Shown here piece after piece: positions 52,936 to 62,236 of a stretch of DNA of 64,000 bases. Numbering within the stretch: position 1 is the stretch's first letter; each line of letters starts with the position of its first letter. Position numbers and translations under genes: made by a program. This DNA comes from Salinivirgaceae bacterium (GTDB lineage Bacteria > Bacteroidota > Bacteroidia > Bacteroidales > SZUA-534). The stretch covers positions 5,383 to 69,382 of the forward strand of contig JAEEPS010000006.1 of NCBI GenBank assembly GCA_016284875.1, written 5' to 3'. The notes beneath the pieces were generated by a model that was not told the DNA's origin, searched no databases, and was given only the letters and a program-made list of their open reading frames with translations.

Positions 52936-54744
52936 ATGCAAAAAAAATGGATATTAAAGGAACAGGTCGAAGCGGAAAAGATTGATGAACTGGCGGCAGC
53001 AGCCAGTCTCAGTAAACCAGTGGCAACCTTGCTGTTACAGCGGGGTATAACCGATGTTGAGTCGGTTCGAAAGTTTTTCAAACCAGAGTTATCGCAACTT
53101 TATGACCCATTCTTGATGAAGGATATGGACAAGGCGGTGGCGAGGCTTGAAAGTGCCATTGTTGAGCGCGACAACGTGCTGATATACGGCGACTACGATG
53201 TTGACGGCACAACTGCAGTTGCTATGATGTACGTGTTCCTAAAGAGCAAATGCCGAAATGTATATTATTATGTGCCAGACCGTTATCAGGAGGGTTATGG
53301 CATATCGTACAAGGGAATCGACTATGCGGCAGAAATGGGTTGCAAACTTATTATTGCGCTCGATTGCGGCATAAAAGCCTTACCCAAAGTCGATTACGCA
53401 GCCGAAAAGGGCATTGAATTCATAATCTGCGATCATCACGAGCCGGGCGATGAATTGCCGGCCGCTGTGGCTGTGCTTGACCCGAAACGTTCTGATTGTC
53501 AGTATCCGTTCAAGGAATTGTCTGGTTGTGGTGTGGGTTTCAAGTTGATTCAGGCCTACGCCAAGAAGAACATGATTCCGTTCTATCAGATTAAGCCGTT
53601 CCTCGACCTTGTGGTGGTTAGCATTGCAAGCGATATTGTGCCAATTGTTGATGAGAACCGAATATTGGCATTCTACGGATTGCGCCAACTCAATACCAAT
53701 CCACGTGTGGGGCTGCGTGCCGTGATGAAGAAATCGGGCATAACACCTCCGCCGCAGCGAGGTAAGGACGGACAGCAGTTTGAAATTCCGTTTGAGGAGA
53801 CCAAACCCACTGACGAGCCAGAGTTCCGTCCAGTCAAAATTGGCGACATAGTATTCAAAATCGGACCGCGCATCAATGCTGCGGGGCGAATGGATTTGGG
53901 GCGTTATTCAGTTGATTTACTGGTGGAACGTAACGAGGCAAAGGCCGAAGAGATGGCTTGCAAGATTGAAACCGACAATACTGACCGCAAAACCCACGAC
54001 CAGAATATAACCAATGAGGCCTTGGCCGTGATTGACGGCAGTGAAGATTTGAAAAACCGAAAATCGACAGTGCTATACAACCCTGAGTGGCACAAAGGTG
54101 TTATTGGAATTGTGGCTTCGCGTCTCATCGATTTTTATTATCGACCAACGGTAATATGCACAAAATCAAATGGTTTGATAACTGGTTCGGCGCGTTCAAT
54201 CCCCGATTTCAACCTTTACGAGGCCATCGAAAAATGCCAGAATCTGCTCGAAAGTTTTGGCGGCCACACATATGCCGCTGGTCTGACGCTCAAAGAGGAG
54301 AATCTGGATAAGTTCATGGAAATGTTTGAAGATGTTGTAGATAACATGATGACAAACGACATGATGGTGCCTCGGATTGATGTTGATGAGGTGCTGACTT
54401 TGTCGGACATCACGCCAAAATTCTTCAAATGGCTTGAGATGTTTGAGCCTTACGGACCAGGCAACATGGCACCAGTTTTTGCTTGCCGCAATGTGTCAGA
54501 CAATGGTCAATCGACACTTGTTGGGCAAACGCGCGAGCATCTGAAATTGGCTGTTGTTGATGAAACTGTGAACCGACCCCTGTCGGGTATTGCTTTTAAG
54601 CAGTCGGAACATTATGACGCTATTCATCGTGGAGAAAAGTTCGATATTTGTTTCTCGTTGGAAATGAATACGTTCCGAGGAAAAGATACATTGCAGTTGA
54701 AGGTCCAGGACATAAAAATGGTTGGTGAGTGGGAGAGAGATTAA
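52936..54744 (+). CDS. recJ: Single-stranded-DNA-specific exonuclease RecJ
   Basis: 602 aa with DHH motifs (GDYDVDGTT, DCG, ICDHHEP) and a DHHA1 GGH motif. Confidence 0.9.
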   Translation: MQKKWILKEQVEAEKIDELAAAASLSKPVATLLLQRGITDVESVRKFFKPELSQLYDPFLMKDMDKAVARLESAIVERDNVLIYGDYDVDGTTAVAMMYVFLKSKCRNVYYYVPDRYQEGYGISYKGIDYAAEMGCKLIIALDCGIKALPKVDYAAEKGIEFIICDHHEPGDELPAAVAVLDPKRSDCQYPFKELSGCGVGFKLIQAYAKKNMIPFYQIKPFLDLVVVSIASDIVPIVDENRILAFYGLRQLNTNPRVGLRAVMKKSGITPPPQRGKDGQQFEIPFEETKPTDEPEFRPVKIGDIVFKIGPRINAAGRMDLGRYSVDLLVERNEAKAEEMACKIETDNTDRKTHDQNITNEALAVIDGSEDLKNRKSTVLYNPEWHKGVIGIVASRLIDFYYRPTVICTKSNGLITGSARSIPDFNLYEAIEKCQNLLESFGGHTYAAGLTLKEENLDKFMEMFEDVVDNMMTNDMMVPRIDVDEVLTLSDITPKFFKWLEMFEPYGPGNMAPVFACRNVSDNGQSTLVGQTREHLKLAVVDETVNRPLSGIAFKQSEHYDAIHRGEKFDICFSLEMNTFRGKDTLQLKVQDIKMVGEWERD

Positions 54745-54803
54745 GTGATTGAATTATAGGAAGATTGATAAGTCGAAAAACTGATTTCCGTTAGTTCAGA
54801 CAT

Positions 54804-56132
54804 TTAATCATTCGCACATTCAGTCTCTAATAACAGTACCCGTTGAGTTTTGTCGCTGATTTTGAAGCGGTTGTCGGGGCGGTAGCCGATAATCCACGCA
54901 ATCTTTTCGTCCGATGTAAGCACCATAACACGCTCTTTGTCAAACACATTCACCTTGTTGTTGACGAAAAAATCGCTCAGTTTCTGTGCTTTTGTCATTC
55001 CAATCGGATAGAAGAAATCGCCGTGCTGCCAACGCCGTATTGTTAGTGGAAATTGCAGTTTATCGAGGTCGAGGCATGCAACGCAGGGGCGTTTGTCGAG
55101 CGCAAAATCTTTAATTGGCACAACGCGCATTGTCAGGCCAAGACTGTCGATGTTGCGTGGTGATTCAATTTCAATTGTCTGAAAATAAGACTTTTCAATC
55201 GGTTCAATAATAATGCGGCTGCGGTCGATAAGTAGGCGATGTGTGGCCGATTGGAATGTATTGCCCGATTTCTGCCCAACAGTTTTCATAATGTCTTCAG
55301 TTTGCGAACTATTGAATCCGAAGGGTCTGATGCATTCATACAGCACCGCTTCGGCAAACTGTTGTTGCATAAGTCTTTCCGTATCGATAATGGTGTGCAT
55401 GCCATCGGTTTTTAGCACTTCGACAGAAACCTTTTCCACATACCAATTATATATGTCTGCCGCCTGGCGGATATGATTGAAATTCTTCGACATACGTTCT
55501 TCAAACGCAGGATTCAACTCTTTCAGCACGGGCACAATGCGGTGGCGAATGATGTTTCGCTGATAGTCGTCGGAAAGGTTGGTGCTGTCGGTTCGGAAGG
55601 CAAGGTTGTTGAGCCGCGCGTATTCTTCAATATGGCTACGGGTTGCAAAAAGTAGCGGCCGCGCAATGTTGCCGTTGATGGCTGCAATGCCCGTCAGACC
55701 GTTGATGCCAGTGCCGCGCGTAAGGTTGAGCATCAGAGTTTCGATATTGTCGTTCAGATGATGAGCCGTCAAGATGCGGTCGAAATGATGTTCGGCGGCC
55801 AGTTGGGCGAACCAGTTGTAGCGTAGTTCGCGTGCGGCCATCTCAACCGACAACTTATGCTCATCGGCGTAAGCCAGAGTATTAAAACGGATGCTGAAAA
55901 ACGGCATTTGGTATTTTGCAGCCAGTTGACGCACAAACTCTTCGTCGCCATCGGCATCGGCACCGCGCAACTGAAAATTACAATGCGCCACCGCCATCTT
56001 CAGCCGACATTGTGCCAGCAGATGCAGCATCACAACCGAATCGGCGCCACCGCTCACCGCCGCAAGCAGACTGTGGCTGTGGTCGAACAGACCGTTCAGA
56101 CTCACAAATTGTTTGAACTGCTGAAGCATCAT
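54804..56132 (-). CDS. tilS: tRNA(Ile)-lysidine synthetase TilS
   Basis: PP-loop SGGADSVV motif. The start was chosen at the tandem ATGs at 56127-56132, below a -7 box. Confidence 0.9.
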   Translation of the reverse strand: MMLQQFKQFVSLNGLFDHSHSLLAAVSGGADSVVMLHLLAQCRLKMAVAHCNFQLRGADADGDEEFVRQLAAKYQMPFFSIRFNTLAYADEHKLSVEMAARELRYNWFAQLAAEHHFDRILTAHHLNDNIETLMLNLTRGTGINGLTGIAAINGNIARPLLFATRSHIEEYARLNNLAFRTDSTNLSDDYQRNIIRHRIVPVLKELNPAFEERMSKNFNHIRQAADIYNWYVEKVSVEVLKTDGMHTIIDTERLMQQQFAEAVLYECIRPFGFNSSQTEDIMKTVGQKSGNTFQSATHRLLIDRSRIIIEPIEKSYFQTIEIESPRNIDSLGLTMRVVPIKDFALDKRPCVACLDLDKLQFPLTIRRWQHGDFFYPIGMTKAQKLSDFFVNNKVNVFDKERVMVLTSDEKIAWIIGYRPDNRFKISDKTQRVLLLETECAND

Positions 56133-56144
56133 CGTTTTTTTTGC

Positions 56145-56152
56145 CAAAAGTA
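56145..56152 (-). promoter_or_regulatory. Candidate -7 box (TActTTTG on minus strand)
   Basis: Plus-strand CAAAAGTA, 13 nt upstream of the start at 56132. Confidence 0.45.
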
Positions 56153-56223
56153 GCAAATCGGTGCAGATTTGGTGTGTGTGCAAGAAAAGTTATCAGACGC
56201 GGCGGTTCAATCGATAAAAATGA

Positions 56224-56231
56224 TAGGTTTG
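56224..56231 (+). promoter_or_regulatory. Candidate -7 box (TAggTTTG)
   Basis: Exact match 19 nt upstream of the ATG at 56250. Confidence 0.5.
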
Positions 56232-56249
56232 CTTTGTAAAAACGAAAAA

Positions 56250-57404
56250 ATGAAGGTTTTGTTCTTATCGGCCTGGTATCCACATCGTTATGATGCGATG
56301 TGGGGTTTGTTCGTACGCAAGCACGCCGAAGCGGTTTCGCGTTTCGCTGATGTTTGTGTGCTTTATTTGTTTGCCGATGAGAATGTTAAACAATTCGACA
56401 TTATAGAACAGATAACCAACAGTGTACGAGAAGTTTACGTCTATTATCCGTTTACAAACAAACCCGTTTTGCGGCCGCTGACAAAGGCGGTTAGTTACGT
56501 CAGGGCTTTTTGGCGCGGATTTGCGGTTGTACGACAGAATTTTGGTTTGCCAGATGTGGTTCAGGCTAACGTGCTCACTCGCAGCGGCGTTTTGGCATAT
56601 TGGCTCAAACGGCGGTTCAGTATACCATATATTATAGTTGAACATTGGACAAGATATCTACCACAAAACTTTAATTATAAAGGAATTGCACGAAAAATAA
56701 TGACACGCAAATGCGTTAATAATGCTTCGTGCGTTTTGGCCGTCAGCAATATGCTACGCACGGCAATGCAAAATTGCGGGTTAAATAATGGCAACTTTCA
56801 AATCGTTGATAATGTCGTAGATGACTTCTTTTATGAAGCACAAAAATCCAACACGGAACATCGATTCAGATTCCTTCATATTTCGTGTTTCGAAGAGCCG
56901 CATAAAAATGTCAAAGGAATATTGAACGCCACAAAACAATTATTGCAACAACGCGCTGATTTTGAGTTGGTTCTTATCGGCACAGGGCAGGATTGGCAAG
57001 ATGTTGTTCAATATGCCAAAGAATTGGAACTACCCGACAACGTTGTACGCTTTGTCGGTGAACAGACGCCAGCGAAAGTGTGCCGGTATTTTGCTGAAAG
57101 TGACGCACTTGTGATGTTTTCACGATACGAGACAGCTGGCATAACTTTCTGCGAGAGTTGGGCAACTGGCACGCCTGTCATCAGCACTTCGGTTGGCATC
57201 ATACCCGATTGTATGACAGACAATAACGGCATTTTAGTGGCTATGGAAGACGAAAATGATTTGTGTGCAAAAATGTCGTGGATGATTGATAATCACGCAC
57301 AATTCGATGCTGAAAAAATCCGCCAAACGGCGCAACGCTACACATATAACAGCGTAGGAAAACGATTGTACGACATTTATTGTCAAACACTTAAAAATGG
57401 CTGA
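56250..57404 (+). CDS. GT-B fold glycosyltransferase (family 4/1-like)
   Basis: MKVLFLSAWYPHRYD N-terminus and an E-x7-E region (FSRYETAGITFCESWATGTPVI). Confidence 0.8.
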   Translation: MKVLFLSAWYPHRYDAMWGLFVRKHAEAVSRFADVCVLYLFADENVKQFDIIEQITNSVREVYVYYPFTNKPVLRPLTKAVSYVRAFWRGFAVVRQNFGLPDVVQANVLTRSGVLAYWLKRRFSIPYIIVEHWTRYLPQNFNYKGIARKIMTRKCVNNASCVLAVSNMLRTAMQNCGLNNGNFQIVDNVVDDFFYEAQKSNTEHRFRFLHISCFEEPHKNVKGILNATKQLLQQRADFELVLIGTGQDWQDVVQYAKELELPDNVVRFVGEQTPAKVCRYFAESDALVMFSRYETAGITFCESWATGTPVISTSVGIIPDCMTDNNGILVAMEDENDLCAKMSWMIDNHAQFDAEKIRQTAQRYTYNSVGKRLYDIYCQTLKNG

Positions 57405-57415
57405 ACCTATATTTG

Positions 57416-58675
57416 TCATTCTTTAGCAGCCAATCCGTTTTCATACTTCCCAATCAGTCCCCAATACCAAACAAACTGTGCTAAAATTGCCACAAAACCG
57501 CCTGTGCTATAACCAATTACGGCAATCAGGAAATCGCCGCACAAAATGCCAACCGCGAGCCCGACGATTCGTAGTACGAAGGTCAGCAACTCAAACAGAA
57601 AACCAATTTTCTGCTTCTTGAAAATATCTGACAGATAGCAAATTGGCCCGACCAATGTCGTCATAAAAATCCACGGAAGCATTGCCCGAATGTAAGTGCC
57701 AGTTGTCTGCCAACCATCGCCTAAAAGCCACGCAGTTAGTTGTGGCAGAACAAAATACAAAATTGCGAACGCAGGTGCGACAATCAGCGTGGTTCTCACT
57801 GTCAGTTTTCGGAAGAATCCGCGAATGCTCTCGCCGCGCTGCACACGTCGCGTTGTATCTTGAAAAAACACCTGGAATACCGACCTTATAATCAGATTGA
57901 TAGGCGTAAACGCCAATGTCAGAGCCATTCCGTAAAAACCGATTTCAGTCAGGCTGAAAAATGGTGTGAGAAGCAGTATCGGCAGGTTGCTGCTGACATA
58001 ATTCACAATGGACCGCGGTAGCGAGTATTTCGGGAAATTGGCATACTCGCGGGCCATCAGGCGGCACTCGGCGCGGTCGAAAGTGAGCAGCGGACGAATG
58101 GCGGTGCGGAAAGTGGCGGCAACGTTGGTGGCAAGTGCGATAATTGGCGCCAAAACCGAACCCACAATCAGACCGTTGCGCAGAAAATTAGCAAGCCCCC
58201 ATTTCAATCCCGCGCCTGTGGTGCATTGTGTTATCTGATAAGCACTTACCGATGTAAAACGCTCATTGCGCGTGTGCCAGTAGTTGAGCAGCGTCCAAAC
58301 TGAAAGAACAAAAATGTAAATAGGTAGCATCCAATAACTTGCCGTCAGTTGCGGTGCGTTCAGCAAGGCGGAAATATGGCTTGCAAACGGAATCGATAAC
58401 ACAAATATCAGACTGACAATCAGCGTGATGATAAACCCAACGTGAAAGCACGCCACACCGCTTTTCTCACTTTTCGGCAGCATAATCGAGTTTTGGTATT
58501 CGGCAGTGGCGAACAGTGTGGCAATGCCGCCAATTGTCAGGAACATATTCAGCGTGCCAAAGTCTTCGGGCGAGTAGAGCCGCGTCAGAATAGGATAAAT
58601 CGCGAGCCCGACAGCCTGCGCTATAACGTTGGCAGTCAGTAGTTTCGATGTGTTTTTGACTATGCTTGAGTTCAT
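57416..58675 (-). CDS. Wzx-type oligosaccharide flippase (Polysacc_synt family)
   Basis: About 419 aa from the ATG at 58675. Polytopic, with an NTSKLLTANVIAQAVGLAIYPILTRLYSPEDFG N-terminal block. It starts 29 nt downstream of the LTD gene's stop on the same strand. Confidence 0.8.
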   Translation of the reverse strand: MNSSIVKNTSKLLTANVIAQAVGLAIYPILTRLYSPEDFGTLNMFLTIGGIATLFATAEYQNSIMLPKSEKSGVACFHVGFIITLIVSLIFVLSIPFASHISALLNAPQLTASYWMLPIYIFVLSVWTLLNYWHTRNERFTSVSAYQITQCTTGAGLKWGLANFLRNGLIVGSVLAPIIALATNVAATFRTAIRPLLTFDRAECRLMAREYANFPKYSLPRSIVNYVSSNLPILLLTPFFSLTEIGFYGMALTLAFTPINLIIRSVFQVFFQDTTRRVQRGESIRGFFRKLTVRTTLIVAPAFAILYFVLPQLTAWLLGDGWQTTGTYIRAMLPWIFMTTLVGPICYLSDIFKKQKIGFLFELLTFVLRIVGLAVGILCGDFLIAVIGYSTGGFVAILAQFVWYWGLIGKYENGLAAKE

Positions 58676-58704
58676 TGAATTCGCCTTTTCTGATTTGCGC
58701 AAAA

Positions 58705-61700
58705 TCACATCTTTGTCGCCACCACACAAACTTTTTTCTCTTTTTTCACGTTGCCGTCAAGGTCGAACAACTCGCAGTAAATCACATAGATGCCCGTTGG
58801 AACACGGCGATTGTTATTATCAAGGCCATCCCACGCCCAGAAACCGCTTGTGCCAAGCAATTGGTTGTTTGCCAACGTGCGCATTTTCAAGCCTTTAGCA
58901 TTAAAAATGGTAACATTGGCCACGTAGCCTGCTTCGTCGGTGTTGTAGGCTATTTCGAGTTGGTCTTCAAAGCCGTCGTTGTCGGGCGAGAAGACTTCGT
59001 TGTTGAGACTCACGAGCGCTTCGCTGTCGGTTGAGATGGGGCGTGCGGCCGAGTTTGGCAGTCCAGGCGTGGCCCAACCAACTTGTTCCGACGCCGAATG
59101 CCAGTTGCCAGGATTGTCGGCAGGCTGCTCATTATCAATTCGTTCAAGGCTAACACCATTCAAATCTTTCAGCAGTCCGAAGTGCATTTTGCTTGAGTAA
59201 TTCACTTCGTCGAAAATGTTGCCAGCAGTGTCGGCAAGCACAATATTGCCTTCGCCGTCGGGCATCGACGGCAGTGAAGCCACTTGGTATAACTCGCCGT
59301 GGCGGTAGGTTGCGGCAATGTTGGCAATGTCGGTTGAAACGGCTATATAACTGTTTGGCAGCAAAATAGAGCCAAAACCATCGATTGCTTTCGGGGTTTT
59401 CAGATTGCCGTCGGCGCGGGTAGCCAGCACTAGGCCCGCAATGTTTATGGCGTGGTCAGAGCGGTTGAAGAGTTCCACAAAATCGGCACCGTTGGGGTAT
59501 GGATTGAACAATATCTCGCTGATTATCAAATCACCAGTTTCCGCTTTCCGCGGCAAGGCAAATCGAACGGTGTTCGCGGCCATTCGGTTTCCTGCAATGT
59601 CGGTCAAAGTGGAATCAACGGTCAGCGTATACGTCTCATTTTCAGATAGAAAATCATTAAGAATGGTAATGACCATAGTCAAGTCTTTGGCAGAAGTGTA
59701 TGCGTAAGTGAAATGGTAGCCAACAGGCTCAATATTAAGCATTTCGTGATGACCATCGATTGTAACTGGCTCACTGAAATAGAGTTGCAGAGTGTTTTCG
59801 TCAACAGGCACGGCACGCAAAAGTCGCGGTTTAATGTTATCGACAATCGTTTGATTTATAGAATTTTGCGCGCAAGGTGTGCCACCTGCCGAGTTTTCGG
59901 TTTGTGCCCAGTTAGCCGCCGATTCGTCGGCATTGTCAACATCGATTCGCTCAAGCGAGTAGCCGCCCGCAGCCTTCAGGTCGTCGGCAAACCAACTCTG
60001 CTTGTAATTGGTTTGGCAAATGGGGTCGGCACCGTTCTTGCAAATGGTGATGCTGCCAGATTGTGGCAAGGCGGGCATCTTACTCACATTCACCACGTTG
60101 CCGTATTTCTGCATATCGTTATCGCCGCTCACTTTGGTTAGAATGGCGTAACTTTTCGCGCCAATCATTCCATCGTCGATATTGTAATATTTGTTGCCAA
60201 TGATAATATTGTAGTCAACCAGATAAATGTCGAACGGACTGCGGTTGTAGAGTTCAATCCATTCATTTTCAGGCAGTCCCGCCGACGGTTCGGGCGTGGC
60301 CATAATCTCGCTAATCACCAAATCGTATAGTGCGGCTGGATGGTAAATGAATTGTATCGTAGTGTCTTTCATTATGTTACCGCATTCATCGGCAAGATTG
60401 GCAATGCGGATTTCGTGCGGTGCATCGGCGCTGTATGGCGCATTGTAAACAAGCGTTAACTTACTGTTTTCGAATGTTGTAGAGCCAATTTTATACTTGT
60501 TGTCCAACAGATAATTGGCGGCGTTTGTCAACGATTTCGTTGTGGGCGTTTCCGAGAACTCGAGCCGCAACTGATTGTCGGTCAGCGGAACAAGGTTCTC
60601 GATTCTGACAGGTGTTTTGTCTATGTTTTTAGCATACACAGAGTTACGTTGTCCTGGTGTGCCGCCGCGCTTGTCGGTTGAGTAGGCCCAGTTGCGCCAG
60701 CCGCTACACATATTATCATAGTCGATGCGCTCGAACGACCAACCGCCGTTGTTTTTTTCGGCATCGTAAATAGATGTGGATGAATAAGTTAGACTGTCGA
60801 TAATGCGGCCTTCGGGCGAAACGAGTTGCAAAGTGCGCCCCGTGTTGGTCAGGTGCGACGATGTGATGGCGCCCACCGTTTTGCCATACGTTGCGAAAGT
60901 GTCGGCGGCAGCGGCTGTTGTTATAATCAGATATTCGCCGCTATTTATCACCGAATCAGGAAGTTTGCGAACAACATCGCTGATGTTAAGCGTCCAGCCT
61001 TTCAGTTCGATGTTACGATTGCTGCGATTGTAGATTTCCAAATAGTCGGCGTTGGGTAGCATCCAATCGGTGGGATTGAACATCAACTCGTTGAATACCA
61101 AATCGTAAGGTTCGGCTGGCGCAGTGTATTTGAATGTCGTGCTTTGCGGTTCCATTGCTGCGCCTTTCACGTTTTTCACACCCGAAACCGTCAGTTGGTG
61201 AACGCCGTCGCCGATGGTGCTTGTTTTTAGCGTAACACGTTGTGGTTCAGTTTGGTTGAATACTACTTCGTCGATTGTCACGCCTTCAATCAAGTAGTTG
61301 CCGCGGTCGGTTGCCGAAGCGGCATCAATGGCGCACGAAAACTCAACGCTGATGGTGCGATTATCGCTGCAAACCGCTGAAACTAAAGCAGGTGGCGCAA
61401 TCTGGCGTGTGATGGTGGTGTTGCCGAACCAGAACATTCCCGCGCGCGTTTTCGTGAAAACGAAACAATAACCGTGGCAAGGTAGATTATTATAGGTGTC
61501 GTCGATGAAATCGTCGCCCCAAACAGTGTCGTGCGATGTGGTTGGATTGACAACATAGTTCAGCGTCCAACTACCTTTGGACGAGCGAGTTACAATCACG
61601 CCGACTTCCGACTGCGCCGTCCAAACGTAGCGCGTCTGGCAGAGCAGAGTTTTGGTTCCGTTTGCGTCGATGCGGTACATCGCCAGATTCTTCGTGCTTC

Positions 61701-62109
61701 CCGAAAGGCAGACACCCACTGCGTAACCTTTTATCTTTTTGTTATTTAGGTTGCTGTCCGACGCCATCAGCCAATAATGGAATCGGTTCGATGTTGTGGG
61801 CTCAAATGTCGATTTCATTGTAAACTGCCAAATGGTTGTGCCATTGTAAAATAGGCTGTCGCTGACTTGTGCCGTCACAAAACTGGTTCCGCCAACGCCT
61901 TCAAGATTATGTTTGATGCACGAATCATCTGTAATCCAATCGGTTACATTGTCCCAACTGGCCAAAGCATCGGTGCCAACGGCATCGGTAAAAATGGTAT
62001 CGGCAGATAACTGATTGTAATCCAGCGTGATTTCAGTTGCGAGCAATGTATTTTGCCAGCCAAAAAATATTGACAGACAAATTAAACAGAGAGAAAATTT
62101 TTTATTCAT
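58705..62109 (-). CDS. Secreted multi-domain protein: signal peptide, N-terminal beta-rich domain, three [Ig-like + lamin-tail domain] modules, type-B T9SS C-terminal sorting domain
   Basis: 1134 aa. The three lamin-tail-domain (LTD) starts are LVFNELMFNP...LEIYNRS, LVISEIMATP...IELYNRS and LIISEILFNP...VELFNRS. Each LTD ends in GGTPGQRNS, GGTPCAQNS or WATPGLPNS. The C-terminus reads FSPDNDGFEDQLEI...IFNAKG...WAWDGLDNNNRRVPTGIYVIY..., which resembles the gliding-motility-associated (type B) CTD. Confidence 0.8.
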   Translation of the reverse strand: MNKKFSLCLICLSIFFGWQNTLLATEITLDYNQLSADTIFTDAVGTDALASWDNVTDWITDDSCIKHNLEGVGGTSFVTAQVSDSLFYNGTTIWQFTMKSTFEPTTSNRFHYWLMASDSNLNNKKIKGYAVGVCLSGSTKNLAMYRIDANGTKTLLCQTRYVWTAQSEVGVIVTRSSKGSWTLNYVVNPTTSHDTVWGDDFIDDTYNNLPCHGYCFVFTKTRAGMFWFGNTTITRQIAPPALVSAVCSDNRTISVEFSCAIDAASATDRGNYLIEGVTIDEVVFNQTEPQRVTLKTSTIGDGVHQLTVSGVKNVKGAAMEPQSTTFKYTAPAEPYDLVFNELMFNPTDWMLPNADYLEIYNRSNRNIELKGWTLNISDVVRKLPDSVINSGEYLIITTAAAADTFATYGKTVGAITSSHLTNTGRTLQLVSPEGRIIDSLTYSSTSIYDAEKNNGGWSFERIDYDNMCSGWRNWAYSTDKRGGTPGQRNSVYAKNIDKTPVRIENLVPLTDNQLRLEFSETPTTKSLTNAANYLLDNKYKIGSTTFENSKLTLVYNAPYSADAPHEIRIANLADECGNIMKDTTIQFIYHPAALYDLVISEIMATPEPSAGLPENEWIELYNRSPFDIYLVDYNIIIGNKYYNIDDGMIGAKSYAILTKVSGDNDMQKYGNVVNVSKMPALPQSGSITICKNGADPICQTNYKQSWFADDLKAAGGYSLERIDVDNADESAANWAQTENSAGGTPCAQNSINQTIVDNIKPRLLRAVPVDENTLQLYFSEPVTIDGHHEMLNIEPVGYHFTYAYTSAKDLTMVITILNDFLSENETYTLTVDSTLTDIAGNRMAANTVRFALPRKAETGDLIISEILFNPYPNGADFVELFNRSDHAINIAGLVLATRADGNLKTPKAIDGFGSILLPNSYIAVSTDIANIAATYRHGELYQVASLPSMPDGEGNIVLADTAGNIFDEVNYSSKMHFGLLKDLNGVSLERIDNEQPADNPGNWHSASEQVGWATPGLPNSAARPISTDSEALVSLNNEVFSPDNDGFEDQLEIAYNTDEAGYVANVTIFNAKGLKMRTLANNQLLGTSGFWAWDGLDNNNRRVPTGIYVIYCELFDLDGNVKKEKKVCVVATKM

Positions 62110-62236
62110 CTTTGTACGATTTCAAAAAAGCGATGCGTTTGAATATATCTTTTTGATAATCAATATATTTTAAAACATCGGTTTTAAATTTCGAATCGAG
62201 TTAAAGATAGAAAATTATTAATAAAAAATTTAGACT

